Positions 36,747 to 49,812 of a DNA stretch of 64,000 bases are shown here, piece after piece. The notes under the pieces are model-generated. The model had not been told where the DNA came from and did no database searches. It saw only the letters and a list, made by a program, of their open reading frames with translations. The stretch is from NCBI GenBank assembly GCA_000388065.2, contig KB932201.1; one strand, written 5' to 3'. Position numbers and translations under genes: made by a program. Origin of the DNA: Fonticula alba ATCC 38817 (Eukaryota; Protista; Nucleariida). Positions within the stretch are counted from its first letter, which is position 1. Each line of letters opens with the position of its first letter.

Positions 36747-37952
36747 TCAGTCGGTATCAGAACCGGAGGAGAGATCGAAGTGCCCGAACAGAGGGGCCCC
36801 CGGCGCCTCGGCCGCCGCCGGGCCCGGCGAAACCAATGCCGCCTCGGAACCCCGGGTCCATGTGGGCTGGGCGGCCTGACCGCGCCGGTTGGCTCGCTTG
36901 CGATCTGGCGGTGACCCGGGGCCCGGGGAGGGAGATCGCCGCCGGACATGCCCGGACGCCGGGACCCGGCATGTCGAGCACACCACCGCCGTCTCGCCAT
37001 CGATCGAAGTCTCCTCACGCCAGTCGTGGCGATGCTCCAGGGGATCGCTCAGCAGATCGGCCGGAGGCGCCGACTCGGTGCCCGAAAGATCCACTTGGCA
37101 CACGGGCAAGGGAGAGTCAGCACATGCATGGCGGCACAGCAAGCGGCTGCAGCCGCGGCGCGGAGTGGACCACACTGGCGCACCATCCTGTGTGAAGTGC
37201 AGGCGCTGGGGCAGCCGGCCGCGCGATTGTCGGAGGAGAGTGCGCCGCCGCTCGCGCTCCTCAAATGCCTGCATCAGACTCTCCTCGGTGCCGCCGTGCT
37301 TCCGGAGGGCCTGAATGTGCAGGTGCTTGGCCAGAAACAGCTGCACCGGGGCCCAGCTGGGGTGCCGGCTGTTGGCGCGCATCATGAACGGAAGCTCCGA
37401 GAGGTCCTCGTCGGCGAGGAGATATTCCTGCTCGGCGCACAGGTGGGTGAATATTCCACGTGTCACACACGAGCGTGCCTCGCTGTGCAGAGGCCGAGGG
37501 AGGTGCAGGGCGAGGGAGAGGGAGAGGGAGAGAGAGAGAGAGAGGGTGGGGGGGGGGGGGGAAATAGGTCTCCAGACCGAGTGCATACCTCTTTGGCGGC
37601 GGTCTTCGAATGCAAGGAGTACAGCTCGGGCCGGGCACGAACACAGCCAGTGCAGACGATCAGCTCGAACCACCGGCTGAGGATGTCGCTCACCCGGGGA
37701 CTGGAACAGTGAGCACAACGGGCGCCCACGCGTCGGACTTGCGGGGTCTTTTCTCGGACCGGCACCACATTCCCGTCGATGTCCACCGACAAGCCGAGAG
37801 CGCTCTCGACCTGGTCCATGACGTCAAAATCGTCGGGCACCTCCTCCGGGGGGCTGGCGCGGGATCAGGCCCGGCAGGTGAGGAGACGGCATCCGGCGCG
37901 GCAGGGAGGCGGCGACAACGTACCTCGGTTCGTTTTCCGGTTCGGCGGCCAT
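36747..37952 (-). CDS. XPA: Nucleotide excision repair protein XPA/Rad14; probably 3 exons; the start codon lies 5 bp from an N gap
   Basis: C4 zinc finger CAHC...CTGC, HSKTAAKE|EYLLADEDL, RHPSWAPVQLFL...ALRKHGG.E.L and C-terminal HRHDW...VCSTC match XPA (LITKT.AK.EYLL.D.DL; MKLYL; HQHEY...CTMC). Confidence 0.9.
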
Positions 37953-38628
37953 GCTGNNNNNNNNNNNNNNNNNNNNNNNNNNNNNNNNNNNNNNNNNNNN
38001 NNNNNNNNNNNNNNNNNNNNNNNNNNNNNNNNNNNNNNNNNGGGTGGGGGGCATACGCGGGCCGATCGTTTGAGCAAAGCCACACAATCGACCGCCCGAA
38101 AAGTGATCGGCTCGGTGGCACGTGTGTGCGCATCATGTGACGATCAGCGTGATGACTGCCCCGGCCACTTACCCCGAGCAGTCTGGTTGCGCAGGAACGG
38201 ATCATGCTCGCCCTTTGCCCGCGGACGGGGGAGGGGGAACGCGTCTCTAGACTAGCTTCAGGTCTCCAAGCCCCCCTGCTTGCGGGGCTCCTGCCATTGA
38301 AAGACGCGTCGATCATTTTTCTTGAATCATCCGCCGCTGCGCGCAATTTTAAACATCCACGGTTATGGACCTTCTCCTTTGGTGAGATTGCCCGCCCTGG
38401 GCAGACATGTCCCTCCCCCGAGCGAATACTGGGGGGGGGGGGGGGGGGGGCGGGGCCGCGTCCGGCGGCCTGCGGGCCATCCAAAGAAACACCCGCCTGA
38501 GGAGTCCGAGGCAACTTCACCAGCACCCTCCTTTTGGCTCCTCTCCCCTGTGTTCTACTTTTCCACACACCCTCTCTCCCCCCTCCCCCCCCCCCTTCCC
38601 TCCCCTCAAAGCGCGTACACACGCAACC

Positions 38629-39319
38629 ATGTCTTCTCTGCCCGCCCTGCTCCGCGGCGAGCGCCCCCCCGCCGACCGGAAGAACAGCAAGTCCGAGTCC
38701 GGCACAAGCAACAGCACTGACGACTTCACCGTGGCCCTTTCCAGGGTGATGGTTTCCGATGGCCTTGGCGGTCAGGAGTCCACTGTGTACGCGGCACCGC
38801 CCATATGTCTCCCTGCCAGCCACCTTGACAGCTCCCCCTCTGACTGACTCTCTCCATTGCGGCATAGCTGCGAGGACACCATCCTGGCGCGCAAGGCCTT
38901 CAACGGCGCCGACTCGCTCATGGTTGACATCAATGCCACGCGTGCGTCATGCCCACCTTCTCCTCCTCCTCCTCCTCCTCCACCACCTCCTCATGCCGAT
39001 ACCCATGCCCATGCTCATCCTTCTCCCCCTCCCCCCCCCCTTCCTCCATGTGCTCCCCTGCTACGACTCCCACTCACCCACCCCGTCGCTCCTCCCTCTT
39101 GCATCGGGATACATCCACAGAGAAGATCATCATTCCGCTGTCTGATGTGATCGAGTACAACTGCATCGGCAAGTCCCTGGTCCTGCGCACTGCTGGCTCG
39201 ACCGATGAGGTGCGTCGCTTGTCATGTTGCGCCTGCCCCTTCGCCTCCCTTGCCTCTCCAGTCCCCTCCCCGTCCTTGTCCCACACGCTAATTGCCCTGC
39301 CCCCTGCCCCCCTCTCCTC

Positions 39320-39360
<41 letters not shown>

Positions 39361-42300
39361 CCTGTCCCCTCCTCTGTCCCTCCATCTCTCCCCATGTGTC
39401 TTCCCTCCTGCGCAGGGTGCCAGCTCCACGATCATCTATTACTTCATCGTGGCCTCCGGCGCGCCGGAGATGGCCTTGCCCGCGATCGACAAGGTCCTTC
39501 TCCAGGGCTTGTGGCGTGTCCGCCAGCCTGGTGCCGCTGGCTCTCGGCCCACCGCCCAGCAGCTGGAGGAGCTTCGTGGCTTCCGCTCGCTCAAGGAGGC
39601 CTGCGAGCAGAGCGACTCCGACAACGATGAGTTTGCCGACGCCATTGAAAATGTGCGTGTCAACCTGTGCCACCTACACGCCCACTACGCAAGATCCCTG
39701 CTTCTCTTTCCTTTCCTCCTCTTTTTCCTCCCCGCACATGTCACTGATCATGCCTCTGCATCCCTCTGCTTGGGGATTGATAGCCCCAGAAGTACGCCCT
39801 TATCCATCTCTCCCCCTTTTGTCTTCCCATCCGCCCCTTCTTCTTTCGGCTTCTTCGCCCTTTTCCTCGACTCGGCCCTGACTTCGACTCCTCCCGCTCG
39901 CGCCCCCAGGAGCATCCAGCCGATGATTGCCCTCTGCCGGATGCCGGCCGGCTTTGTGTCCGAGAAGGTGGCCGAGTATGCGGTGGACATTGCTCTCTTC
40001 CACGAGCAGGCCTTCGTCCCCTACCGGCCGGACTCCACCCTGACGCTTTTTGTCGACAAGAAGTCCAAGATCAGTGCGTCATTTGGGCATCCCCAAATGC
40101 TGCCCCGTTCGTCCGGTGAATGGCCCTCTAACTTGCCCGCTGCCCGACACAGCCTACCTCAGCCTGAAGGTCAACTCCGGCGAGGAGGTCGTCCGTGAGC
40201 CCCTGTCGCCGGAGCTGCGCATTGACTTTGGCGGGCTGGAGGCGGTACGTGGCTCCTCTTCCGCTTGGTGCTGCGAATGCCGGGGCTCTTTTCCCACGGT
40301 GGGGGGTGCTTGTTCGCTGACCTTCGCCGTCCCCTTTGCCACCGACCACATGGCTGCCACGTCTCTCAGTACAACATGGACTTCGCCTTCCTGACCTTCC
40401 CCTCGGAGAATGTCATGGTCTGCTGGGGCCTGCGGGCCGGGGATCGCGACCAACTGGTCACCCTGCGCACGCAGATCAGCAAGGGCCTCCAGCGGAATGC
40501 CATGCTCAGTGTCGATGACGACAGCGCCTTCTTCGCGCCGATGGAGGTGGACCCGGCCACGCATGGCCTGATCAAGGCCGGGGGCGCCGGCGAGGGCCCC
40601 CTTGTGCATGAGCAGTACATTCGCGACTTCGAGTCCTCTGAAGACGAGGATAGCAGCGACGAGGACGAGCCCGATGTCAAGGGCGCTGTTCGGCCCTCCC
40701 GGCGCTCGGCGGCTGCCGATGACAGCGACGAGAGCGATAGCGATGACGAGGAGGAGGAGGAGCAGGTCCCGGCGGCGCGCCTGCGCCGGAGCGAGCGCCT
40801 CAAGAACCAGCGCCGGTCGGAGGCCGAGCGCAAGTTCCTGGCCACCGTTCTGGCCCCGGGGACCGGACACGATCTGGTGGTCGGCTACAGCGGGGACGCC
40901 CAGCGCAGCTACATCCTGCGCGGGTCGCAGGTCGGCATTTACCGCCACCTGTATGACCTGTCGCCGGCCGAGCTGGCCGACACCGATGGTGTGGCCTTCC
41001 AGGGCGTGCACCAGCTGACCGACTCGAAAAAGAAGGCCATCACCCCTTCGCAGATGGTGGTGGCCGACAATGCCCGCTCGATTGCCCTGCTGACGGACGG
41101 CTTCAGCAAGATGGATATCGAGACTGGTGTGGTGACGGAATATGTGCGTGCTTGCTGCTGCTGCTGCTGCTGCTGACGTGGGCGCCGCCTCCTTCCCATG
41201 ATGGGGCATAATCTGCGGCGGCGGCGGCGGCGATGGCGGCCACCATATGCCGATGTTGGCTGTCGGGGGCCTTTCTTTTTCTTTTGCTCTTTTGTGTCGG
41301 CACAATCCCGCAGGCCCCTCCCGTGACTGACATCCCGGCCATGCGCCTGACTTGCACTCAGGAGGCCCCGTCCCAGACCATCCGCGCCCTCAGCGGCCGG
41401 AGCAAGTTCTCCCAGATGTCCGACGAGAAGACCTTCGTCGGTATCAGCAAGAACAAGCTCCACATCCTGGATTCGCGTGTGGCCAAGGTCGACACTGGTG
41501 TCGGGTACGTGCCTCGGCCGCCGAGCCGGCAAAGAATGCCCCCTCCCCCCCTCCCCCCCCCCATGGCTGCCTTGTTCCTCGGCCGGACTGCCGGCCCGCC
41601 CGCTTGGGCTCGTCTCGCTCCCCCCCCCCCGACGCCCTCTTCGCCCTTCCTGCCACACGGGCGCCGCTAACCTCTGTGTGACTGCCCCATCCACCTTAGC
41701 ATGGAGTACAAGGACTCCACTCGGACCAACTTCCTGCAGGTGTGCACCACCAACGACGGCCACATTCTGGCCGTCAGCCAGGATGGCACTCTGCGCCTCT
41801 ACGACAAGCCGGACATCCGTGCCAAGAACCTCTACAAGCCGCTGCCGGGTGCGCTCCCTCGCCCGTGGGCCCCTTTCTTTTGCTTCTCGTTCCTCCGCCG
41901 TTTGTGGCTCTGGCTCCTCGCTAACCTGCCTCCCTGGTGCCCGTATCTGTCTGGCCGTTCCTGCTCCGGCTCCTGCTCCCGCCCCTGCTTTCGTCCCCGC
42001 TTCCCGGCTTGAAGGCCGTGTTGTCAGCTGCGATGTCACCGCCGACGGGAACTACATCCTCCTGGCCTTCACGGATTGCGTGCTGCTGATCAACAACTCC
42101 TATGCCGATACCAAGGCTGCGGCCAACGGCTTCTCCAAGGTCATCCCCAAGGACCGCAAGCCGGTGGCCATCCGCCTGATGCTCAAGCCCCTGCACTTGA
42201 AGCAGCTCCTCCGTTCGTCGTCGGCCGCCTTCACCAACGCCTACTTCAGTGTCGGTGACAAGGTTGAGCGCTCCATCATCGCCACGTGCGTGCCACGCTC

Positions 42301-42709
42301 GCCTCCCCTTCCCTTCCCCTCTCCCGCCCTTTTTGGCACTTTGCTGCCTGGACACATTTGCGCCATCTGCTAACTCCCTCTCGCGGCCTCTTTGCCCTTC
42401 CTGGCAACCTCCCTGGGTGCCACTCTCGCGCTCAGTGTCGGCAACCTGATGATCCGCTGGTCCATGCGTGCCGTGCTGCGCGGGCACCTTGACGAGTACA
42501 CTGTCTCCCAGCAGAACTCGGCCATTCTGGACTTCGGGTCGCTGTACTCCTTCACCAACACCTCGCGCCGCATTGCGCCGGTGTCTCTGTCGCTCAACCA
42601 TGACCTGGTGTCGACCAACCGCTTCATGGATCCCACGCGGGCCACTCCTCCCCCCCGTGGTGCCAATGCCGGGATCTCCGAGTTTGACGGGCCGGTTCGT
42701 CGCAAGTAG
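38629..42709 (+). CDS. VID27: VID27/cyprosin family protein (N-terminal PH-like domains, C-terminal beta-propeller); ~11 exons
   Basis: DLVVGYSGDAQRSYILRGSQVGIYRH, KMDIETG, KFSQMSDEKTFVGISKNKLHILDSRV, GTLRLYD...AK, DVTADGNYIL, RLMLKPLHL and ERSIIAT|VGNLMIRW follow the Vid27 propeller motifs in order. Confidence 0.88.
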
Positions 42710-43085
42710 GCAGTCGACACGTGCTGGCTGTGCGCCTGCGTCCATTGGACCTCCCCTGACCCGGGCTGGGGAGGTGCCCCCTTTGCTGCTTCCGCTGGTG
42801 AGGTGATTCTTCGCTTCCCCTCGCCCATGGCACCGACAACAGTGCCGCCCGCCGTGTGACATATGCGGGGGGAAATGGGACAACATTGCTCCCGAATTCA
42901 ATATGTATCTTTCCTTCTCTGCCCCAGTCCTCCTGGGCGTTTACCCTCTTCACGGCCTGTATTACACGGGGGAGGGAGGGAGGGGGGGTAGGTAGGGGGG
43001 NNNNNNNNNNNNNNNNNNNNNNNNNNNNNNGGGGGGGGGCAACAGTGTGGAAGCACGAGGCGCCAGCAATGCACGGCCTGTCCTC

Positions 43086-44928
43086 TCAATGGTCCTTGAG
43101 AGGGTCCTGCAGCAGATACGACGTCGCGCCAAACAGCTCGTAGTAGGGGGCGGTGGAGTTGGTCACACACACAATGTCCTCGATGCGGACACCCATCTAC
43201 ACGGGGGAAGGAAGATGCCACACGTGAAGCGCCGCGAGGGAGGAGGGGAGAGAGAAGGACCAGAGCGGCCAGGGAGCAGGTGGGTCAGAAGAAGGTCAGG
43301 GAGGGGCGAGAAAGGAAAACCACCACCGGCGGCAAACCCCGGAGCCGGACTGTGCCGACGCACTTCATCCTTGAGGTAGATGCCCGGCTCGACGGAGAAA
43401 CAGTGGCCCACCTGAATCTCCTCGGCATTGCCGCGGTTCATGTACGGGTCCTCATGGCCATCGATGCCAATCCCGTGGCCTAGACGATGGGTGAAGGCCT
43501 CGTAGTCGCCACCGAAGCCGGCGGCCTGGACCACGCGCCGCGCCGCGGCGTCGACATCGGACGCCAGGGCGCCAGGGCGAATGGCGGCCAGGGCGGCGAT
43601 GTGCGCATCGCGCACCGTTTCCCAAACTAGCGTCGTCCGGGCAAAGTGCTCCGGGCCATCGGCGCTGGTGGTGGCCCCCAGCGGCCAGACCACCGTACGG
43701 GTGATGTCCGACTGGTACCCATGGAGCTGACCGCCGGCATCCAGGAGAATCATCATGCCCTTGGTCAGGCGGAGCCCGGCATTGCCGGCGATGCCATGCG
43801 GCGCCGCGGCATTCGGGCCAAACAGCGCAATGGACCAGGTGTTGCTGAGCCCGGCGATCTCGAGGGCGGTGGCAATGCGAGCCGAAACGTCGGCCTGCGT
43901 GGTGGACCCCTTGACCGACTCCAGCACCGCCCGGATGGCGGCCTTGGTGGCCAGATTGGCACAGCGCATGATGGCCACCTCGGCGGTGGACTTGATGCCA
44001 CGCACCTGTCGCACCAAGGCCCCGCCATTGTCGGAAGAGGCGGTGTGCCCCGGGGCCAGGGCTCCGGCCAGGCCGAAGTGCACGAAGCCCCGTGCATCGC
44101 GGTCCACCACCACATGGGCCCCGGTGCCGGCGTCCAGGCCCAGGTGCTTGGTCAACACGGCATACGGCGACTGGTCCTCCTGGTAGTAGACCAGCGAAAC
44201 CCCCGGGCCAACTTCCTCCACGGCCTTGTCATGCTCGAAGGCCGGAGACACGACCAGGTACTCGTGCTGGCGCGGGTCGGCCGACGAATTGTCCAGGCGC
44301 GACAAGACCACCAGGAAAGGGCGCTCACTTTGCTCCCAGGCCGCGCCGGTCAGATAGAAGAGAGTGCTTCCGGCCTCGGCCACGAAGACATCCACATCGG
44401 CATGAGCCTATGGTGGTGGGAATTGGCCGGGTGGTCAGCGGCCGCGCGAGGAAGGAAGACTGGACGACGCACGCGGCGGGCAAAAAAAAAAAAAAAAAAG
44501 AAGGACACGAGAGCGGCAGGCAGGGAAAGGGCGGGCAGGAGAAGGGCAAGGAGAGCGAGGGTCCAGCGCACCATCTCCTCGGCCAGGCGGGCCCGGCGAG
44601 TGGAAAGCTCGGCCTTGGAAATGGGACCCACATGGCTGCAGAAGTTCTTCAGATGCGCGTAGCGCGCCTCCGGGTCGGTCAGAGTATCAATCAGCATGAT
44701 GCACATCATGACGCCGGCCGCGATGAGGACGGTGAAGAAAATGCCCACCACAATGTAGATCTTCTTCGAGGGCTTGCTGTCGTGGTCGGGCGCGGTGCCG
44801 GCGACGCCAGAAGCGCTGGACGTGCTTCCACGCCAGTCGGCCGTGTCCTGCGCATGCTGATTGGCCGACCCCTCCAGCGAGGCGTGCGAGTAGACATCAG
44901 CCGCCAGGGGAGAGTACTCGGTGGCCAT
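43086..44928 (-). CDS. Membrane-anchored M24B Xaa-Pro amino/dipeptidase; exons 44928-44572, 44407-43364, 43196-43086
   Basis: TM helix IYIVVGIFFTVLIAAGVMMCIMLI; creatinase-like N domain (AEAGSTLFYLTG..WEQSERP); pita-bread metal ligands LLDAGG, YQSDITRT, HRLGHGIG, VEPGIY and GVRIEDIV. Confidence 0.92.
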
Positions 44929-45627
44929 GGCGGGCGGTCAGGGAAAGGGGGAAGGGGGCAGTGCGTTGCACCAAGAGGGATGAAGTGTTCGGCAGGGGGG
45001 GGGGAGGGGGGGGGCGGGGGATGGAAATGCGATTCAAGGATGACACGGAGCAGGAGCAGGGAGAATGCCGGGTGTGGAGCGAGTCTTTCGGCCACAAATA
45101 TGGGCGCTGTTTATCTTATTTTATTTTCTCACCCCCCTGGCGGGAGATCTACTCGCCAGCAACCTTCCCCCTCCCCCGGAGGGGGCAGATCGCCCCAGCA
45201 CACCGGGCTTGTGCTCGCGCCATCACCAGGCAGGCGCGGTTACAACGAGGTGCCCGCCCCCGGCCGGCCCCCGCTCCCCCCGCGGCGAGGGAGCTTGGGC
45301 AAAAAAAAAAACAGGCACCCAGGTGTGGCCCTCCTCTGGCATGACACCGTGTGCGCCGGGGCGACCCACGCACTTGGGCCCCATGATGACTGAAAACCAC
45401 AACCACACACGTACACCACGTACCAACACAAACATGGGCACGCAGGCGCCCCCGCTCCTCTGGCCCCCTCGCCTCCACACCCTGGGGCCAAGCACGCGCG
45501 CCTAGACCGATCTCACGCTTGGGCCGGTCCCAGAACAACCGGACGGGCCCCGAATGGGGGCGGCGACGACCAAGTTAGCGGGAAGAGGTGCCCACGCGCA
45601 GCCCGGTGACCGGCCCCTGCTGTGCAT

Positions 45628-45663
45628 TAACTGATACCCGACATCCGCGGCGTAACTGATACC
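45628..45663. promoter_or_regulatory. Direct repeat TAACTGATACC x2 in the divergent M24B/VPS36 intergenic region
   Basis: Identical 11-mers at 45628-45638 and 45653-45663 (25-bp period) in otherwise GC-rich DNA; regulatory function is inferred only. Confidence 0.3.
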
Positions 45664-46229
45664 GGGGAGCGCCGAGCGCTCCGCCAGCGGGCGTGATACT
45701 TTGGTGGACACATAGGCGTGCACATCACGCCCCCGAGTGCGGGGGTACACGCCCCTGCCAACTGACCTCGCTAAACACCCCCGGCCCCTCCCCCCGGCGG
45801 CCCTCCGCCGAGAAGGGGCTACATCATCACACCCCGGGGCTCGCACCCTTGTTCTCTCCCGACACCCGCCCTCTTGAATCTCCGGCCTGGCCAGGGAGGG
45901 GACAAAAAAAAAAGACGGTCCGAGGGGGATCAAACGGTGCCCTCGCGCCGGCACTTGTGCTTGCCGCCCAGGGCCGGGCCCCTCTTCCACCGACGGAGGG
46001 ACTGCCGGGAGATGGCGGCTGGATGTCACCATATTTGGCATTCCAGGCCAGCTGGATCGCGCCTGCCAGCCCGGCCAGTGTCGAGATCTACCTACCTGCA
46101 CGCACACGCTCCAGTCTCCTCCTCGTCCTCCTTGCCCCCTCTTTGCTCCCTCCCTGCTCCCTCCTCTCTCTCTCGCCACCCTTCATCCCCTTGGTCCTCC
46201 CTTCCCCCCCCCCCCCCCCCCCATCAATC

Positions 46230-49200
46230 ATGAGTAATCCCTACTCACCTTACGGCACGGGACAGGCACCATACTATGGCGCTCCGCCACCAGGCCCCTC
46301 GCCGTACGGTGCCTACCCAGGCGCGGCGCCCTACCCCCCGGCTGGGCCTTACGGCGCGACGCCCGGCGCCAACCCCGCCCCCTACCCGCCGTATGGCCAT
46401 GCCCCGGCCCCGGCCCCGGCCCCGGCGCGGCCGTCATCCAGCTATCATGGGTCCACGGGACTCGCGCAGCCCTCCTCCGGATCCGGGCCATACTATGCCC
46501 CTGCTCCCGGGCCGAGTGGCCTGTACAATCCCACCGGCAGCCAAATGGCCCCCCCTTCGGGCCCCTATTCGCCCTACGGATCGACCACTGGGCCTTACTC
46601 GCCACCCGGAGCCACCCCCTATCCCTCGGGACCATACATGGCAGGACCCTATGCTCCGGCCGCCGGCAACCCAGCCACAGGCGCTCCAGGTCCGTATGCC
46701 CCGGCTGCCAGCGGCAATGCCGGGACTCCATATGCCCCGGCCGCTGGTGGCGGCGGCGGCGGCGGCGGCGGCAGTGGCGGCAATCCATCCTACGCCGGCC
46801 CGGTGCCAGGTGGCTCGCCGTACGCCCCGGTCCCTGGTGGAAGCACCCACAGCCCCTACGGCTCGGGCTCATTCACTCCGGCCACGCCAAGCAACCCGTA
46901 TAATACATCGGCCACGGCGGCGCCGAGCAATCCCTACGCCGCACCGGCCACAGCGGCCCCGACCGCGCCGCCACCTGGCGCTCCATACTCGGCCACCGCT
47001 CCGGTGGTCGCCAGTCCCTACTCCACCAGCACCGGGTCTTTGGCCGCGGGCACGCCCACGGTGCCCGTCGTTTCGAGCCCCTACGCCACCGGCACCGTGC
47101 CCTCGTCAACCTCCTTCCCAGCCTCGCAGGGGCCCCCGACGCCATATTCCTCGACCCCGAGTCCCGCCCCCACGCCATACACCTCAGATCCCAAGCGCGA
47201 GCCTCCCGCCCGGCCATCACCTTACCAGCAGCAAATGTCGCCGCACTCGCAGCAGCCGCAGCCGCAGCCGCAGCAGCCGCACAATCCCTATACCGCGGCA
47301 TCCTCCCAAGCCCCGCCAGGCATCGGCGGGCAGCACGCAACTCCGGCCTTTAATCCGTATGAAAACTTTGCGCGGCCTAACACCCCTTCCACAGCCACAC
47401 CAACAGCATCCGGACCGCCGACCATGACGACTACCATGTCTGGCGCGGCCCCGGCGGCTGCCACAGTCCCGGCTGCTGCCCCGCCCACCGAGACTCTGCT
47501 TCCCTCGCTATCGGCCATGGCGGTTTCCTCACAGGCGGCTGTATCCTCCTTCGATGACATCCCCCTGGCAGACCCCTTCCAATTTACGCGAGCCCTTGAG
47601 CAGCAGGCGGCCGATGTAAGTGCCCTTTGCGCCGGACATCATCCAAGCCATCCATCGCTGCGGCGTGTGGGCCCGGCTGCCGGGACCCCCGCAGCCGGGG
47701 ATCCGATTCCGGCGGGCATTCGTGCTGATCGCGAAGTGGTCCTCCACTCGCAGGCAGATATTGCCCTGTACTTTGGGTGCGATGCTTGCTGGTGCTTCTC
47801 CCGGGGCCCGACTCGGGCCGGGCCACACCTCACTCGACCACTAACTGGGCCCTTCCAATCGACCTCACAGGAACGCCAAAAGCCCTGCCTCCCACCCGGT
47901 CACCGCGACGCTCACCAGCCACCGGGTGCTCTTCACCGAGGCCAGTGCCGATGGCACCCCCACGCCCGGGCGGGCCTCTTGGTTTCTGGAACTGGACCGG
48001 GTTCGGGCTCTCGGCCGGCGCATCGCCATGCCCTTCAAGTCGGCGCGGGTCCTGCTCTCGGTGGACCCGCCGCTGGTGGGCGATGCGGACTTCACATCGT
48101 TCCTTGGCCACCATCAACAAGAGTCAAGTGGACAGGACACCCGGTTGGAGCGCTTCGACGAGCGGGTCCTTCGTGTGCGCTGCCTTTTGCCGGACTTCCA
48201 GCCAGCTAGCACGATCCATTCCTTGGTTCAATCATCCCCCTCCGGGCAAAGGTGCGCCTGCTCTTGGGTGAACTTCCCCCTGGCCCTTTGACCGTGGGGT
48301 TTGTTTGTTTTTTTTTTCGCGGCGCCTCCTTGTGTCGGCTCTGACGCTGGTTGCTTCCCCCCCAGTGCCCGGCAACTTGTGCGACTGGTGGAGCCGCGCA
48401 TCGCCGCCACCCTCCCCAACCAAGTTGACTGGGGCCAACAAATTCACCTGTCTTTCCGTGCCGGTGGGCAACCGGCCTTCCTGGCCGCCCTGGAGAAGGC
48501 CCTTCAGCGTCGGGACTGGCTACGCCAGGCCGTGGTACGTCACCGCTCGGCCTCTGTCCCTGCCTCCACCGATGCTGCATCTGCCTCGTGGAGGTCGCTC
48601 ACCTCCGCCCCCCATGGTAGCAACATCTCAATGATGAGCGCTCGCGCAACACAACCAGCACACGGCAGTCGGGCATTGCTCAGGCCATGGCCGCGGCCGC
48701 GGCCAGCCGTCAACGCGCGCTGGAGACCGTCAACACCGAAGCATCGGACCTCGAAACACTCATGTTCCGCGCACAGGCCATTGTACGTGGGGTTTCCTCC
48801 TGGCGCCTCTCCATTTCACCATTTAACCCCTGCCTCGCTGTTGGCCCCTGTCCTGCATTCATGCATGCCCCTCCCCACGCACCCCCTTGTGGGGACATAT
48901 ATTTGGGCAAATAGGTCGAGCTGGTCAAGGCCCACAATGTCCGCCTGAAGCGTCAGCAGGCCGAGGAGCATGGCGAAGAAAGCACGGACTCCCTTGACCA
49001 AGAGTCATCGTGTGTCCGGGATTACCTCCAGGACTTGGGCATCACGAGTCCTGTCACCCGGTATGATGCTGCAGAGGAGCCCTGCCATCCATCTCCCGCC
49101 ACGCCCCCCTCCTCCCACTCCCCCTCCGAACTGACACGCCAATCTTGCTAGCGACACCGCCGGTGGAGACTACTGGCAGGCTCTTAGTCGCGAGCTTTCC

Positions 49201-49773
49201 TCCTTCGTGGGCCGCCTACTGCAGCGCAAGAATGTCCAGGCAATCACATTGACCGATCTCTTCTGTGACTTCAATCGCGCTCGCGGTGCTGGAGGTGCGT
49301 ATACGTGCTCCCGGCTCCCCTGGCCAGATTCCACATGGCGAGCCCCCCTGTCCTTTCCTTTGTCTCTCTCTCTCACGCACGCACACACGCACACACCCCC
49401 TCCTTCTCCTCCTCTCTTGGGTGGCTTGGAAATGCGCAGCTCTGGTTTCCCCGGCCGATCTGGCTCGCGCGGCGGATCTTCTCCCCTCGGTCTCCTCGAC
49501 CGGGAGCGGGCGTTTTGCCACGCGCCGGCTTCCCAGTGGCGTGGTGCTGGTGCTGAATGCGGACACCTTCACCGATGATGCCGTGGTCGACCGTGTGCTG
49601 AATCTTTTCCCCGACAATGAGTCCCCTGATGCTGCGACCGGCGTTACTCCGGCTGATGTTGCGGTGGCCGAGCGCGTTGGTATTATTCTGGCGCAAGAGT
49701 TCCTCATGGTGCGCCTTGCTGACCCATCCCGGCGCCATGGCCGAGACATCTTGTGGAACGCCTGCTAACACGT

Positions 49774-49812
<39 letters not shown>

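Noticed and set aside
47616-47621. Perfect GTAAGT in VPS36 as a splice donor
   Set aside because: The reading frame runs openly through it into the GLUE motif, and the nearest acceptor gives the wrong phase.
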